A stretch of DNA of 64,000 nt from Thermoplasmata archaeon (GCA_021817245.1 JAKAVQ010000006.1:66001-130000); one strand, 5' to 3'. Positions 18,988-30,196 are shown, counted from the stretch's first letter. Notes: generated from the letters alone by a model not told the origin. Made by a program: numbers and translations.

Positions 18988-21291
18988 GTGCCGGCACGAG
19001 ACCCGGGGCGACGTACCGATCGGCGGCCGGTCGAGGAACCGAGCGCACCCGTACCGCTCTCCGAGACGGAGATCGACCCGGACTGGCGGCGGCTCCTCGA
19101 GCAGGACGGGATCACGAGCCTCTACCCTCCGCAGGCGATGGCCGTTGGGCCCGTCCTTGCCGGCGAGAGCCTCCTCCTCGCCTGTCCCACGGCGAGCGGG
19201 AAGTCACTGGTCGCCTACCTCGCGCTGCTCCGGGCGGCCCGCGCGGGACGCACCGGCCTCTACCTCGTCCCGCTCCGCGCGCTCGCCCACGAGAAGGCCG
19301 AGGAGCTCGAGAAGTTCGCCGAGCTCGGCCTCAAGGTCGGGCTCTCGATCGGCGACTACGATCTTCCCGCCGAGAAGCTCGAGAAGCTGGACGTCCTGGT
19401 CGCGACCAGCGAGAAGGCCGACAGCCTCCTGCGGCGGGGGAGTCCATGGCTCGATCGGCTGGGGGTCGTCGTCGCCGACGAGGTGCACCTCATGCGCGAC
19501 CCGGACCGGGGACCGACGCTCGAGGTCAGCCTGACCCGGCTCCGACGCGCGTACCCCCACCTCCAGGTCGTGGCGCTCTCGGCGACCGTCCGGAACTCCG
19601 AGGAGGTTGCCGAGTGGCTGGATGCACGCCACGTCGCGAGCCGGTACCGGCCCGTCCCGCTCAAGATGGGGGTCTATTACGACGGGCGGATTACCTACGC
19701 CGACCTCGCCGTGCGCGACGTCCCCGGACCGGGCGAGCCCGTCCCCCGACTCGTGCGGACGGTCGTCGAAGAGGGGGGGCAGGCGCTCGTCTTCGTGAAC
19801 AGCCGGCGTGCGAGCGAGCAGGTCGCCGAGTCGCTCGTCCCGACCGTTCGCCGACTCCTCCCGGACGAAGAGCGCCAACGTGCGCGCGCGGCCGCCGCGG
19901 AGCTCTCGGCCGTCTCGGACGAGGAGACCGAAGGGATCCGCCGGCTGAGCGGCCTGCTTCCCTACGGAGTGGCGTTCCACAACGCGTCGCTGACGAATCC
20001 GGAGCGCCGGGTCGTCGAGCGCGCCTTCCGAGACCGGGCCCTCAAGGCGCTCGTGGCGACCCCCACGCTCGCCGCGGGGATCAACCTCCCCGCGCGCCGG
20101 GTGATCGTCCGGGACACGAGCCGGTACGACGATCACCTCGGCCTCCAGGCACCGATCCCCGCCATGGAGGTGCAGCAGATGCTGGGCCGGGCCGGCCGCC
20201 CCCGCTACGACCCGGTCGGCGAGGCCCTCCTCGTCGCGCGGGGGCCGGACGACGAGGACCGGCTGCTCGACGACTACCTCTCGGCTCCCCCGGAGCCGAT
20301 CGTGAGCCGCCTCGCGGCCGAGCCGGCGCTCCGCATGCACCTGTTGGCGCTGGTGGCGAGCGGGGCGGTGGGCACCGAGTCGGAGCTCGAGGGATTCTTC
20401 GCGTCGACGTTCTACGGACGAACGCTTCCGTTGCCCGACCTCGAGTCGAAGATCGAGGGAGTCCGCCGCTTTCTCGAGGAGAACGACCTGCTCGAGCCCG
20501 GGGCCCGCTTGCGGGCGACGCGGTTCGGACGGCTGACGAGCGAGCTCTACCTCGACCCGCTGAGTGCGATCGTGCTCCGCAAGGTCCTCGAGCGCGCGCC
20601 GATCGGGGTGGCGCCGTTCCCGCTCCTCGCCGCGATCGCTGCGACGCCCGACCTACCGCCGATGTTCCTGCGGCGGGGCGAGGAGTCCGACCTGCTCGCG
20701 AGGTACACCGACGAGGCGGAGGAGCTGCTGGTGAAGCCCGAGGAGCCTCCGCTCGAGCTCGACCTCGATGGGTTCCTCGCGACGCTCAAGACCGCGACCG
20801 TCCTTGAGAGCTGGACGAACGAGGTCCCGCTCGTCGAGCTGACCGCGCGCCACGGCATCGGCGCCGGCGACGTCCGGGCCAAGGTCGAGGACGCCGACTG
20901 GTTGCTGTTCGGTCTCTCCCGTCTTTCGAGCCTCGAGCCACGACGTATCGGACGGAGCATCGACGACCTCGCGCTGCGGGTCCGCTACGGCGTTAAGGAG
21001 GAGCTGCTCGACCTCGTCCGGCTCCGGGGGATCGGACGGGTGCGGGCCCGGATCCTCTTCCGGGCCGGCTTTCCGGACCGCGAAGCGCTGCGCCAGGCTC
21101 CGCTCGACCGAGTCGAGCAGGCGCTCAAGTCCCGGAAGCTCGCGGAAATGGTGCTCAGTCAGGTGCGGCGCCGCGCGGGAGCTCCGTCGGGTCGGGACGA
21201 AGAGATCCCGGCCGGTCCTCCGCCGACCACCGCCCATCGTCGTCCCACGGTGCGAACGCTCGAGGAGTACCCGTCCGACGGTCCGCGGTGA
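18988..21291 (+). CDS. hel308: Ski2-like SF2 DNA helicase Hel308
   Basis: LYPPQ, PTASGKS, DEVH, LSAT, TPTLAAGINLPA, QMLGRAGRP, C-terminal HhH LRGIGRVRAR; start approximate. Confidence 0.93.
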   Translation: MPARDPGRRTDRRPVEEPSAPVPLSETEIDPDWRRLLEQDGITSLYPPQAMAVGPVLAGESLLLACPTASGKSLVAYLALLRAARAGRTGLYLVPLRALAHEKAEELEKFAELGLKVGLSIGDYDLPAEKLEKLDVLVATSEKADSLLRRGSPWLDRLGVVVADEVHLMRDPDRGPTLEVSLTRLRRAYPHLQVVALSATVRNSEEVAEWLDARHVASRYRPVPLKMGVYYDGRITYADLAVRDVPGPGEPVPRLVRTVVEEGGQALVFVNSRRASEQVAESLVPTVRRLLPDEERQRARAAAAELSAVSDEETEGIRRLSGLLPYGVAFHNASLTNPERRVVERAFRDRALKALVATPTLAAGINLPARRVIVRDTSRYDDHLGLQAPIPAMEVQQMLGRAGRPRYDPVGEALLVARGPDDEDRLLDDYLSAPPEPIVSRLAAEPALRMHLLALVASGAVGTESELEGFFASTFYGRTLPLPDLESKIEGVRRFLEENDLLEPGARLRATRFGRLTSELYLDPLSAIVLRKVLERAPIGVAPFPLLAAIAATPDLPPMFLRRGEESDLLARYTDEAEELLVKPEEPPLELDLDGFLATLKTATVLESWTNEVPLVELTARHGIGAGDVRAKVEDADWLLFGLSRLSSLEPRRIGRSIDDLALRVRYGVKEELLDLVRLRGIGRVRARILFRAGFPDREALRQAPLDRVEQALKSRKLAEMVLSQVRRRAGAPSGRDEEIPAGPPPTTAHRRPTVRTLEEYPSDGPR

Positions 21292-22366
21292 CCCACTCGT
21301 CAATCGGCGTGAGGACCCGCAGAAGCGACACCGTACCGCCGTTCCCCCCGGCCCGGATCTCCCGACGCACGTAGCCGGCCTGCTCGAGCCGGACGATCCG
21401 TCGCCAGAGCGTCGTCGCGGGCAGGGGACGCGCGCCCTGAGAGCGCGCCAGCTCCGCCTCGATCCGCTTGACCTCGGCGAGGCGAGCGGCTCGCCCACCC
21501 GACGCGGTTCCGATCGCGCGGACGACGCGCGGCTCGATCGGGATCCCGTCGGGAAACGGCGCGGACGGAGCTCCGAGCCCGGCGAACGCCGACGCCCCCA
21601 GGAGGCGCCGCTTCAGCAACGCGACCGCACGAGCGGCACCGCCGCCCTCGGTGGCGGTCCGTTCGACCAGCGCTTCGACCTCCGCCGTGGGCAGGGGACG
21701 GCCCAGCGCCCGGTTCGCCCGGTCCGCGACGATCGCAGTAAGCTCCTCGGGCGAGTACGGGGGGAGCCGTACGAACGGCGCGAAGGTGAGCCGGCCGCCT
21801 TTCGGTCCCTCGACCGCGCGGAGCGATTCGGGCGTCCCCGCGACGAGGGTCCACCACGGCGGCAGCCCACTCTCGCCCTCCGGGAGGAAGCGGTCGGGGG
21901 AGCCCACCGCGACGAGGACCGGCGCGACGGAGGGCGCACCGGGCCCGACGTCGTCCAGAACGAGGATCGTCGGACGCCCCTCACGCCGGATCCGCCGCAA
22001 CACCCCTGCCAGGATCTCGTTCACGCAGAACCCCCGGCCGTCGAACCCTTCGTCGAGGCGCTGGAGCAGCGCGGTGGCGAGCCCATGTGGACCCCGCAGA
22101 GCCCCGACCCGCACGGCGAGGACGCGAGGTGGCGGACCCATGGCCTCGGCCCGGAGGCGGTCGGCGACCTCACGCGCCGCCCGCCGGGCGACGACGCTCG
22201 TCCCCGAACCGGCCGGTCCCTCGATCCCGATCGTCCACGGAGGAGGCGCGCGGGGCCGGGGCGCGTCGAGCCGCCGGACGACCTCGTCCACCGCCGCCCG
22301 TCGGGCGATCGCCACGGGTGGCAGCCAATCGTTCTGGAGAACTTCGGCGTGGGGCACCGGCTGCAT
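21155..22366 (-). CDS. Divergent Cdc6/Orc1-like AAA+ winged-helix protein with degenerate Walker motifs
   Basis: VLQNDWLP, GPAGSGTS, ILVLDDV, LPPYSPEELTAIVADRA, GAARAVALL, C-terminal wHTH LEQAGYV...GGNGG. Confidence 0.72.
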   Translation of the reverse strand: MQPVPHAEVLQNDWLPPVAIARRAAVDEVVRRLDAPRPRAPPPWTIGIEGPAGSGTSVVARRAAREVADRLRAEAMGPPPRVLAVRVGALRGPHGLATALLQRLDEGFDGRGFCVNEILAGVLRRIRREGRPTILVLDDVGPGAPSVAPVLVAVGSPDRFLPEGESGLPPWWTLVAGTPESLRAVEGPKGGRLTFAPFVRLPPYSPEELTAIVADRANRALGRPLPTAEVEALVERTATEGGGAARAVALLKRRLLGASAFAGLGAPSAPFPDGIPIEPRVVRAIGTASGGRAARLAEVKRIEAELARSQGARPLPATTLWRRIVRLEQAGYVRREIRAGGNGGTVSLLRVLTPIDEWVTADRRTGTPRAFAPWDDDGRWSAEDRPGSLRPDPTELPRGAAPD

Positions 22367-22432
22367 AGGTCACTGTAGAACTATCGCTTATAAGAATACT
22401 GTTTACCGCGCCCACTGCCGGTGAAAAGTGCT

Positions 22433-23377
22433 ATGGACCACGGCCTTTTCGGAGACGAAGTGGCGAACCCCGAGTCGCCGAGACCGCTGCGGATCCTTCT
22501 CCGAGACCTCGGGTTCGCCCTCGCCCTCGGGATCGCCACATACGTCGCGTTCCTGTTCCTGAACAACTACGCCCTCTCTCGGGGGTTCACCGAATACGAG
22601 CTCGTCCTGCTCGAGGCCGGGGCGATCGTCGCGGTCGCCTACCTCGTCGCGCGGGCGGTGACGAACGCGACCAACGCGGTCCTCCGGCGGCGGGGAGGCG
22701 CGTCCCGCGCCCACCTCGTCCGGATCTTCTTCAACCTGCTCATCGGGGTCGCCGCGGTCCTCGCGCTGTTCAAGCTGGCCGGGGTCTCGATCGAGTCGAT
22801 CTTCCTCGGGAGCGCGCTCGCCGGTATCGTGCTCGGCCTCGCGGCGCAGACGGTCCTCGCGAACGTGTTCGCCGGACTTTTGCTGGTCGTCGCGGATCCG
22901 TTCCGGCCGGGCGACCGGGTCACGTTCGTCTCGTCGAGCTACGCCGCGATCTGGCCGAGCTACCCGCACGAGCTGATGTATCCCGGGTACTCCGGAGTGA
23001 TCGAGGACGTCGGCCTCATTTACACCGTCCTGCGCGTCGAGACCGGAGGGCTCGCGAAGGTCCCGAACAGCGTGGTTCTCGGCGCGCTCGTCCTGCGCCC
23101 GGATCCCCGAGGCGGCCGCTCGCAGCGGGTCCGCATGACGTTCCCCCTCTCCGTCCCCGTCGCCACGGTCGAAGCCGCGGTGGGAGAGCTCGCCGAGGCG
23201 CTCGCGCGGTCGGATCCCGCCGCACCCCGCCCGCGGTTCGAGGTCGCGGACATCGCCGCCGCCACCTGGGACGGGGTCGTCGTACTGTGGACCACGTCGC
23301 TCGACGAGGCCGGGACTCGGGACGCCGTACTGCGCGCCGTGCTCGCGCACCTGCCCGAGGCGGTCGGCCGCGGATGA
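22433..23377 (+). CDS. Small-conductance mechanosensitive channel (MscS family)
   Basis: TM helices, [42 protein letters not shown]. Confidence 0.9.
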   Translation: MDHGLFGDEVANPESPRPLRILLRDLGFALALGIATYVAFLFLNNYALSRGFTEYELVLLEAGAIVAVAYLVARAVTNATNAVLRRRGGASRAHLVRIFFNLLIGVAAVLALFKLAGVSIESIFLGSALAGIVLGLAAQTVLANVFAGLLLVVADPFRPGDRVTFVSSSYAAIWPSYPHELMYPGYSGVIEDVGLIYTVLRVETGGLAKVPNSVVLGALVLRPDPRGGRSQRVRMTFPLSVPVATVEAAVGELAEALARSDPAAPRPRFEVADIAAATWDGVVVLWTTSLDEAGTRDAVLRAVLAHLPEAVGRG

Positions 23378-23438
23378 ACGGAACCGGCTCCGCCACTCCT
23401 TAAATCCGCCCGACGCTCGGCGCGGTCGCGAGGGGCTC

Positions 23439-24545
23439 ATGGTCTACCGCGTCACGCTGATCCCAGGGGACGGTATCGGGCCGGAGGTGACGGCCGCCGC
23501 ACGGCTCGTCGCCGACGCAACGGGTGTTTCCATCGATTGGGAGATCGCCGAGGCCGGCGAAACGGCGATCGAGCGTTCCGGCACCCCCCTTCCGGACGGC
23601 GTGCTTGCCTCGATCCGTCGGAACAAGATCGCTCTCAAGGGGCCGATCACGACCCCCATCGGCAGCGGATTCCGATCGGTCAACGTGGCGCTCCGGCAGC
23701 AGCTCGACCTCTACGCCTCGGTCCGACCGGCCCGGGCAATCGCGGGCGAGGGGACGCGGTTCCCCGAGACCGACCTCGTGGTCGTGCGCGAGGCGACCGA
23801 AGGACTCTATTCCGGCGTCGAGCACTGGGTCGATCGCGATCACGCCGCCGCCGAGACGGTGAACGTCATCACCCGGAAGGCGTCCGACCGGGTCATCCGG
23901 TTCGCCTTCGACCTGGCCCGGCGCGAGCACCGGCACCACGTGACCGCCGTCCACAAGGCGAACATCATGAAGACCACCGGGGCGCTCTTCCAGACCGCCT
24001 TCCGAGAGATGGCCGCGAAGTACCCGGATATCACCTCGGACGAGCGCCTGATCGACAACATGTGCATGCAGCTCGCGAAGAAGCCGGAGGAGTACGATGT
24101 GATCGTGACGACGAACCTCTTCGGCGACATCCTCTCCGATCTCTGCGCGGGGCTCGCCGGCGGCCTCGGGGTCGCCCCGGGCGCCCTCTACGGCGAGGAG
24201 CTCGCGGTCTTCGAGCCGGTACATGGCTCCGCGCCCAAGTACGCCGGCCAGGACAAGGCGGATCCGGTCGCGGAGATCCTGTGCGTCGAGCTCCTCCTCC
24301 GCCACCTTGGCGAGAAGGAGGCGGCCGAGCGGATCTTCCGCGCCGTGTGGGAGACGATCGCGGAGAAGAAGGTCGTCACCTACGACCTCGCGCTGCCCGG
24401 CTACACTCAGCGGCCGGTCCCGGCGTCGAGCTGCTCGGCGATGGCGAAAGAGATCGCGCGGAAGGTCCCGCGCGTCGACCTCTCCGCCCCCCTGCCGCGC
24501 CCCCGCGGGGCGGGCCACGCGGACGACCCCCACCTCGTGGCCTAG
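23439..24545 (+). CDS. Isocitrate/isopropylmalate dehydrogenase family protein
   Basis: [51 protein letters not shown]; substrate not resolvable by eye. Confidence 0.92.
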   Translation: MVYRVTLIPGDGIGPEVTAAARLVADATGVSIDWEIAEAGETAIERSGTPLPDGVLASIRRNKIALKGPITTPIGSGFRSVNVALRQQLDLYASVRPARAIAGEGTRFPETDLVVVREATEGLYSGVEHWVDRDHAAAETVNVITRKASDRVIRFAFDLARREHRHHVTAVHKANIMKTTGALFQTAFREMAAKYPDITSDERLIDNMCMQLAKKPEEYDVIVTTNLFGDILSDLCAGLAGGLGVAPGALYGEELAVFEPVHGSAPKYAGQDKADPVAEILCVELLLRHLGEKEAAERIFRAVWETIAEKKVVTYDLALPGYTQRPVPASSCSAMAKEIARKVPRVDLSAPLPRPRGAGHADDPHLVA

Positions 24546-24599
24546 CCGCGGTCGCCGGATGCGGGCGGGGGGGCCGCAACCTCGAGCCGGTGGGTCCGG

Positions 24600-25013
24600 T
24601 CAGGGGTCCCCGAGCACCTTCACGACGACCCGCTTCGGCCGCTGACCGTCGAACTCGGCGTAGAAAATCTGTTCCCACGGACCGAGGTCGAGGTCGCCTT
24701 TGGTGACGGGCAGAAGGACCTGGTGCCCGAGCAGGAGGTTCTTCAGGTGGGCATCCCCGTTCGTCTCCCCCGTACGATGGTGCGCGTACTCCCCCGGGGG
24801 CGCGAGTCGGTCGGCCCACGCCGAGATGTCCTCGAGAAGCCCGGACTCGTTGTCGTTGACGTAGACCGCGGCGGTGATGTGCATCGAGGAGACGAGGACC
24901 AGGCCCTCCCGGATCCCGCTGGCCCGGACCACGCGACGGACCGGCTCGGTCAGGTTGACGAACTCTCGGAGCTTCTCGGTCCGCATCACGAGGTATTCCG
25001 TACGGCTCGCCAT
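24600..25013 (-). CDS. YjbQ/UPF0047 family protein
   Basis: [33 protein letters not shown]. Confidence 0.92.
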   Translation of the reverse strand: MASRTEYLVMRTEKLREFVNLTEPVRRVVRASGIREGLVLVSSMHITAAVYVNDNESGLLEDISAWADRLAPPGEYAHHRTGETNGDAHLKNLLLGHQVLLPVTKGDLDLGPWEQIFYAEFDGQRPKRVVVKVLGDP

Positions 25014-25076
25014 GCCGTCGGGAGGGGGCTCCCCACATTTTAAGGGCGGGAACCCCCCGTAAGTGACACGGAGACC

Positions 25077-25643
25077 GTGAGCGCGATCCCCCGGGCCGTT
25101 CGCATCCCTCGCTCGAGGCCCCCCCCCACGGTGGCGGTGGCCGGGAGGGGGCCGCCTCCTCCCCGGACCGGAGGGAGCGCGACCGCGAGCGGCGCTCGGG
25201 ATGCGCTGGTGCTCCGGCCGAACGTCGCCGGTCGGCAGCGCACCGGGCGCCTCGCGCTCCTCTATCTCGTCACGCTCACCCTCCTCTACGCCGGCTTCCT
25301 GGCCTTCGACCTCGCGAGCGCGGGCGGAGCCCGGCCCGGGGTCCGTTCCGATCTCCTCATCTTTGGTCTCGTCGCGGTCGTTCTCGGCGCGGGCGGAGCG
25401 ATCTACTCGATCGCACCGGCACCGCGTGCGGTGGGCATCGGTCCCCAAGGGCTCGTGCTGGTCGACCGATTCGGCCGACGGTCCGACTGGCCCCCCCTCG
25501 GGGTCACTTCGGTTCGGGTCGTCCGTCGTCACCCCGCGGGGAAGCTCGCGCGGGCCCCGGTGGAGTCGGTCGAGCTCTCGGCACCGGGGCGCCGCACGGT
25601 CGGCTGTCTCGTCGAAGAAGGACTGCTCCCGTCGAGCCGGTGA
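25077..25643 (+). CDS. Hypothetical membrane protein (2 TM plus small C-terminal domain)
   Basis: Two hydrophobic helices; genome-typical codon usage. Confidence 0.6.
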   Translation: MSAIPRAVRIPRSRPPPTVAVAGRGPPPPRTGGSATASGARDALVLRPNVAGRQRTGRLALLYLVTLTLLYAGFLAFDLASAGGARPGVRSDLLIFGLVAVVLGAGGAIYSIAPAPRAVGIGPQGLVLVDRFGRRSDWPPLGVTSVRVVRRHPAGKLARAPVESVELSAPGRRTVGCLVEEGLLPSSR

Positions 25644-25684
25644 GTTTCTGGCGCCCAAGCCGGTCCGATCGACTCGCCGGGGCG

Positions 25685-26059
25685 TTACTCGAGGAGGTCT
25701 TCGAGCTCGCTCGCCACGAGCGTCAAAAGCTGGTCGAGGGAACGATTCTTGAGCTCGGTGATGTGCCCCGCGTCGGTCTCGAGCCGGGCCATGAACTCGT
25801 CGCCGTCGCGCACGAAGGAGAGCGAGAGCACGTGGCGTCGTCCGCCCGGAAGCGGTACCTCGAGGGTCGGGGTCGAGGAGGCGGCGGAGGAGGAGCCGGA
25901 CGGTCGCGCCGTCCCCTTCGCCGGCCGTGCCGGTTTCGACGGCTTGGCGGGGGCCTTGACCGCCGGCTTGGTCGCTCCCTTGGCCCCCGGTTTCGGGTGG
26001 GGGACCGGGGACTTGCCCGGGCGGCGGGGCGGCGCTTTCTGACGGCGGGCGGAGGGCAT
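25685..26059 (-). CDS. Hypothetical protein with Lys/Pro/Ala-rich N-terminus and compact acidic C-terminal domain
   Basis: Ordered-looking C-terminus [15 protein letters not shown]...LEDLLE; AT-rich TATA-like element upstream at ~26095-26101. Confidence 0.65.
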   Translation of the reverse strand: MPSARRQKAPPRRPGKSPVPHPKPGAKGATKPAVKAPAKPSKPARPAKGTARPSGSSSAASSTPTLEVPLPGGRRHVLSLSFVRDGDEFMARLETDAGHITELKNRSLDQLLTLVASELEDLLE

Positions 26060-26185
26060 CGCAGCGTCCTTGAGTCGGCCGCACCAACCCCCCCTATTTA
26101 TGGGTTGGGTCTGCCGCGACCGTCAGGGCCCGAGCTTCGATCGTCCGGGGGCACGCCTATAGATGGGACTCCCTTTTCCGAGGCG

Positions 26186-28057
26186 ATGGGGAGGGCTCCG
26201 GTAGCGGTGGATGCGGCCCCGGTGGAACCGGCCCCGACTGCCCGGCCGCCTCCACCGATGCGGCCGGAGACCGCGCTCTTCCTCGTCGGGCTCGCGCTCC
26301 TGCTCGTCTTCGTCGCGCTCGAGCCGTACCTCTCGTTCGCGGTGTTCGGCTCGGACTCCGGAGAGTACTACCGACTCACGGCCGACCTCGTGACGACCGG
26401 CGCGCTGCCGCACGGAAGCGCGTACACCGGTTGGGGGTCGGCGTACCCGGACTTCCCCGGCATCTTCCTCCTCGCCGCCGCGGGGGCGGGCGCGCTCGGC
26501 CTCGACCCCTTCTCGGCGCTGACCCTCCTCATCCCGACGGTCGCGGTCCTGTCGGTCTTCCCGCTCTTCCTCCTCTTCCGGCGGCTCTATCCCCACGACC
26601 TGGTCGCCCTGCTGGGCGCCGGCTTCGCCTCCGTCGTGATGCCCCGGCTCTTCTCGATCGCGCACCCCGCCCCGCTCGCCCTCGGGGATTTCCTCTGCGT
26701 GACCGCGCTGTGGCTGTTCCTCGAAGGACGCCGGGACCCGCGTTGGTACGTCCCTCTCGCGCTGACGTCGGGGGCCCTCATCGTCACCCACCATTTCTCC
26801 TCGTACTTCTTCGCCGTGAGCGCGCTCGGGGGACTCCTGTTCCTCGAGATCTGGCGTCCCGGACTCTGGAGCCGTCGGTTCCCGCGGCGCGAACTCCTCT
26901 TCCTGGCGGCGTTCGTCAGCGCGACGTTCCTTTACTGGTTCTACGGAACCACGGCGTTCGTCGCGAAGGTCCTCCTTCCGAGCCTCGGCACCGGGGTCGG
27001 CTTCGCGGCGTTCGAGGCGATCGGACTGATCTCGATCGCCGCGGCCGGACTCTTGGTCCGATGGCGCCGGGCGCGCGCGCGGAACCGGCCCCGCCGGCGG
27101 TGGGTCCGGCTTCCGACCGACCGCAGCCTATTGCGCGACGCGGTGGCGATCGGGCTCATCGTGTTCGCGCTCATCGCCGTCCTCACCATCGTGCCGGTGC
27201 CCGGCACGGGGCAGACGACCCGCCCGGCGGCGATCCTCTGGTTCGCCCCGGTGCTCGGTCTCGGGATCGTCTGCGCCGGCAGCCGGCGGGCCCCGTCGCT
27301 CGCGCGCCTCGGTCCGCTCGCGCTCACCTGGACCGGCGCGCTGGGTCTCTCGGCGGGCGTGATGGTCGTGCTCTCGTTCCTCGGACCCGCGTTCCCGAAC
27401 GATCGCTGGGCGGCGAGCGCGACGAGCGTCGCCGACACGCTCTCTCCGGCCCGCCACGTCGAGTACCTCCTGATTCCGGTGGGCCTGCTGGTGGCGATCG
27501 GCGTCGCCCGCCTCGTGAGCCGCGCCGGGGCCGTTGGCGGCCGTCGGGCGCTCGTCGCGGCCGCCCTCGGGGCCGTCGTGCTCCTCGCGGCCAACGCGGC
27601 AATCGTCTACCCACCGCCCGCCGATTTCGGGAACTTCCAGGAAGGGTTGACGAACGGCGACGCGGCGCTGTGGCTGTGGGTGGGGGTGGCGGCCCCGCCG
27701 ACCTGGGCCGTCGCGAGCGACCACCGGCTGAGCTCGATGATCTTCGGTTTCGACGGAAATCCGGCGACGTGGGTGACCACCCCGGCCCTGTTCAACGGGA
27801 ACTCCTCGGATTGGCCGGCCGCGGAGGCCGAGTTGCGGCTCGCCGAGGCGCCGAACGGGGACCACCTCCACCCGATCGCGCTCGTCGCGATCGATTCCGT
27901 CATGTACTCGGGCGTCGCGTTGGACCCGGCATCGCTCGCCGAGCCGCTCAGCCCGGCCGCGATCGCCTGGTTCTCGGGGCTCCCGTTCGTCCCGCTCTAC
28001 GAGAACGGCCAGAACGTCGTCTACCTGGTCGACGCGCCGTACCTCTCGTACGGGTAA
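26186..28057 (+). CDS. Polytopic membrane protein, possible GT-C fold glycosyltransferase
   Basis: About 13 TM segments, GSDSGEY loop after TM1, YPDFPG, THHFS, C-terminal extracellular domain. Confidence 0.65.
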   Translation: MGRAPVAVDAAPVEPAPTARPPPPMRPETALFLVGLALLLVFVALEPYLSFAVFGSDSGEYYRLTADLVTTGALPHGSAYTGWGSAYPDFPGIFLLAAAGAGALGLDPFSALTLLIPTVAVLSVFPLFLLFRRLYPHDLVALLGAGFASVVMPRLFSIAHPAPLALGDFLCVTALWLFLEGRRDPRWYVPLALTSGALIVTHHFSSYFFAVSALGGLLFLEIWRPGLWSRRFPRRELLFLAAFVSATFLYWFYGTTAFVAKVLLPSLGTGVGFAAFEAIGLISIAAAGLLVRWRRARARNRPRRRWVRLPTDRSLLRDAVAIGLIVFALIAVLTIVPVPGTGQTTRPAAILWFAPVLGLGIVCAGSRRAPSLARLGPLALTWTGALGLSAGVMVVLSFLGPAFPNDRWAASATSVADTLSPARHVEYLLIPVGLLVAIGVARLVSRAGAVGGRRALVAAALGAVVLLAANAAIVYPPPADFGNFQEGLTNGDAALWLWVGVAAPPTWAVASDHRLSSMIFGFDGNPATWVTTPALFNGNSSDWPAAEAELRLAEAPNGDHLHPIALVAIDSVMYSGVALDPASLAEPLSPAAIAWFSGLPFVPLYENGQNVVYLVDAPYLSYG

Positions 28058-28761
28058 GGTCGGATCGACCCGTCCCGGTCCCACAGGAGCACCGGCACCC
28101 GGGCATGGGCCGCCAGCAGCCCGAGCAGCTCGCCGGCCCAGCGAAGCTTCGCCAGCTTGCGCGCTCGCGTGGCCTCCGGCTCCTCGACCCGTTCGAAGTC
28201 GAACCCCCACAAAAGGAGGCGGGAAGATCCCAGGTGCTCCGCGAGAAAGGCCGCGCGGTCGCCGTCCGTGAACCCTCCGACGTCGACGAGCGCTTCCCGT
28301 GGGGGGCCCGCCCACGATCCGACGAGCTCCCCCGGGAACTCCGGGACCCACTCTCGGAGCGCGGTAGTGTTGTCCCCATGCGCGTGCACGACCACGAGGC
28401 TACCCCGCCGGTTCGCGCTGACCTCGCTCGCCACGGGGCCGTCGAGGTCGGTCACGACCAGATCGGGCACGAGGCCCGCCCCGAGGCAGGTCACGGCGGC
28501 GCCGTCCGCGGCGAGGATCGCGGGCGGGCGACCCCCCGCGGCCCGCCGCCAGAGCGGGGGGGGGCCGGCCGAGGGGGCCTGGCCGACGACGATCGCGTCC
28601 CTCCCCTCGAGCCGCGCCCTCAGGCGGCCGAGCGGGTCGGAGCGGGCGCGGGCGGGAAGGAGGGACTCGAGGAGGTCGGCCGCCGCGCGTTCCCGCTCCA
28701 TCGAGAAGCCGAACTCAGCCCGGAGGCGCTCGTACTGCGGGGCCCAGTCGCGGTACTCCAC
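28021..28761 (-). CDS. mptE: 6-hydroxymethyl-7,8-dihydropterin pyrophosphokinase MptE (DUF115)
   Basis: AADGA, VVTDLDG, VHAHGDN, GGFTDGDRA, GFDF, KLAKLRWA. Confidence 0.88.
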   Translation of the reverse strand: MEYRDWAPQYERLRAEFGFSMERERAAADLLESLLPARARSDPLGRLRARLEGRDAIVVGQAPSAGPPPLWRRAAGGRPPAILAADGAAVTCLGAGLVPDLVVTDLDGPVASEVSANRRGSLVVVHAHGDNTTALREWVPEFPGELVGSWAGPPREALVDVGGFTDGDRAAFLAEHLGSSRLLLWGFDFERVEEPEATRARKLAKLRWAGELLGLLAAHARVPVLLWDRDGSIRPYPYERYGASTR

Positions 28762-28828
28762 GGCCGTGCCGAAAAACGCCTAACGCTTTTATAATGAAGT
28801 CTATGCTCCGCCCGAGAGGAGTTCCGCC

Positions 28829-29971
28829 GTGATGCGACCGCTCGCCCAGGAGATCCTCGCCCACCTTCCCGGAGAGTCCAAGCGTACCCCGGAGGCGCCA
28901 CCGCCGACCAGCGACGACGCCGAGCTCGAGGCGGTGCTCGCCTCCCTGAAGACGAACATCAAGGTCGTGGGCTGCGGGGGCGGCGGCTGCAACACGATCA
29001 ACCGGCTGGCCGAGGAGGGACTCTCGGGGGCCGAGATGATCGCGTGCAACACGGACGCGCAGCACCTCCTGACGATCCACGCGCCGCGAAAGATCCTTCT
29101 CGGACGGCGGTTGACCCGGGGGCTGGGGGCCGGGGCCCTGCCGCAGGTCGGCGAGCAGGCGGCGCACGAAGCCGAAGAGGAGCTGAAGAAGTCGCTCCAG
29201 AACTCCGACATGGTCTTCATCACGCTTGGGCTGGGCGGAGGCACCGGCACCGGTTCGGCCCCGGTCGTGGCGCAGCTGGCCAAGGACGCCGGCGGTGGCA
29301 ACCCCCTCACGATCGCGGTCTGCACCCTGCCGTTCGCGTCGGAGGGGCTCGTCCGCCAGGAGAACGCGATGTGGGGCCTCGAACGGCTCCGCTCGACGAT
29401 CGACACAGTGATCACGATCCCGAACGACCGCCTGCTCGAACTCGTCCCGCGCCTGCCGATCCAGACCGCGTTCAAGGTCGCGGACTCGGTCCTGGCCCGG
29501 GCGATCCGGGGCATCACCGAGATCATCACGCGACCGGGGCTCGTCAACCTCGACTTCAACGACCTGCGGACGATCATGAAAGGCGGAGGCGTCGCGCTGA
29601 TCGGCATCGGAGAGTCCGAGAGCGACAACCGGGCCGAGGACGCGGTGCTGGAGGCGATCAACTCCCCGCTCCTTCACGTGGATATCGCCGGCGCGACCGG
29701 GGCGCTCATCAACGTCACCGGCGGGCCGGACATGACGGTCAGCGAGGCGCAGAAGGCCGCGGAGGTCGTGCAAAAGGCGGTCAGTCCGACGGCCCGGATC
29801 ATCTGGGGCGCGGCCGTCGACCCCACGATGCAGAGCACGATCCGGGTCATGCTCGTCGTGACCGGCGTCAAATCCCCCCAGATTTTCGGTACTCAGCCAA
29901 CGGGTGGTACTGCGCGCCAAGGGGGGCGTCCGGGCGGTGGCGCCCGTGACGAGATCGAGACGGTTCGCTAG
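28829..29971 (+). CDS. ftsZ: Cell division protein FtsZ
   Basis: GCGGGGCN, NTDAQHL, GLGGGTGTG, NLDFND; TTTATAA box at ~28788-28794. Confidence 0.97.
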   Translation: MMRPLAQEILAHLPGESKRTPEAPPPTSDDAELEAVLASLKTNIKVVGCGGGGCNTINRLAEEGLSGAEMIACNTDAQHLLTIHAPRKILLGRRLTRGLGAGALPQVGEQAAHEAEEELKKSLQNSDMVFITLGLGGGTGTGSAPVVAQLAKDAGGGNPLTIAVCTLPFASEGLVRQENAMWGLERLRSTIDTVITIPNDRLLELVPRLPIQTAFKVADSVLARAIRGITEIITRPGLVNLDFNDLRTIMKGGGVALIGIGESESDNRAEDAVLEAINSPLLHVDIAGATGALINVTGGPDMTVSEAQKAAEVVQKAVSPTARIIWGAAVDPTMQSTIRVMLVVTGVKSPQIFGTQPTGGTARQGGRPGGGARDEIETVR

Positions 29972-30196
29972 CGACACGGGTGCGAGCGCGGTTCCTCGAG
30001 GACCCCTTGGTGGTCAGGACTTCCCGGTTTCCACTCGGAGGGCGCATCGCGCTCCATGCTCACGAGACTCTCCTCGCCGCGAGCCCGTTCGGACTTCGTC
30101 GCCCGGGGACGAAGCCCCTGAAGCGTTCCTTACCCCTTGGACCAAGGAAGGGAGGAAAGGGTTCGCGAACTCTCACCGACCGAGTCGGCCGCGGTC

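Noticed and set aside
22367-22432. AT-rich stretch upstream of the cdc6-like gene considered as oriC
   Set aside because: Too short and lacks ORB consensus; explained by divergent promoters.
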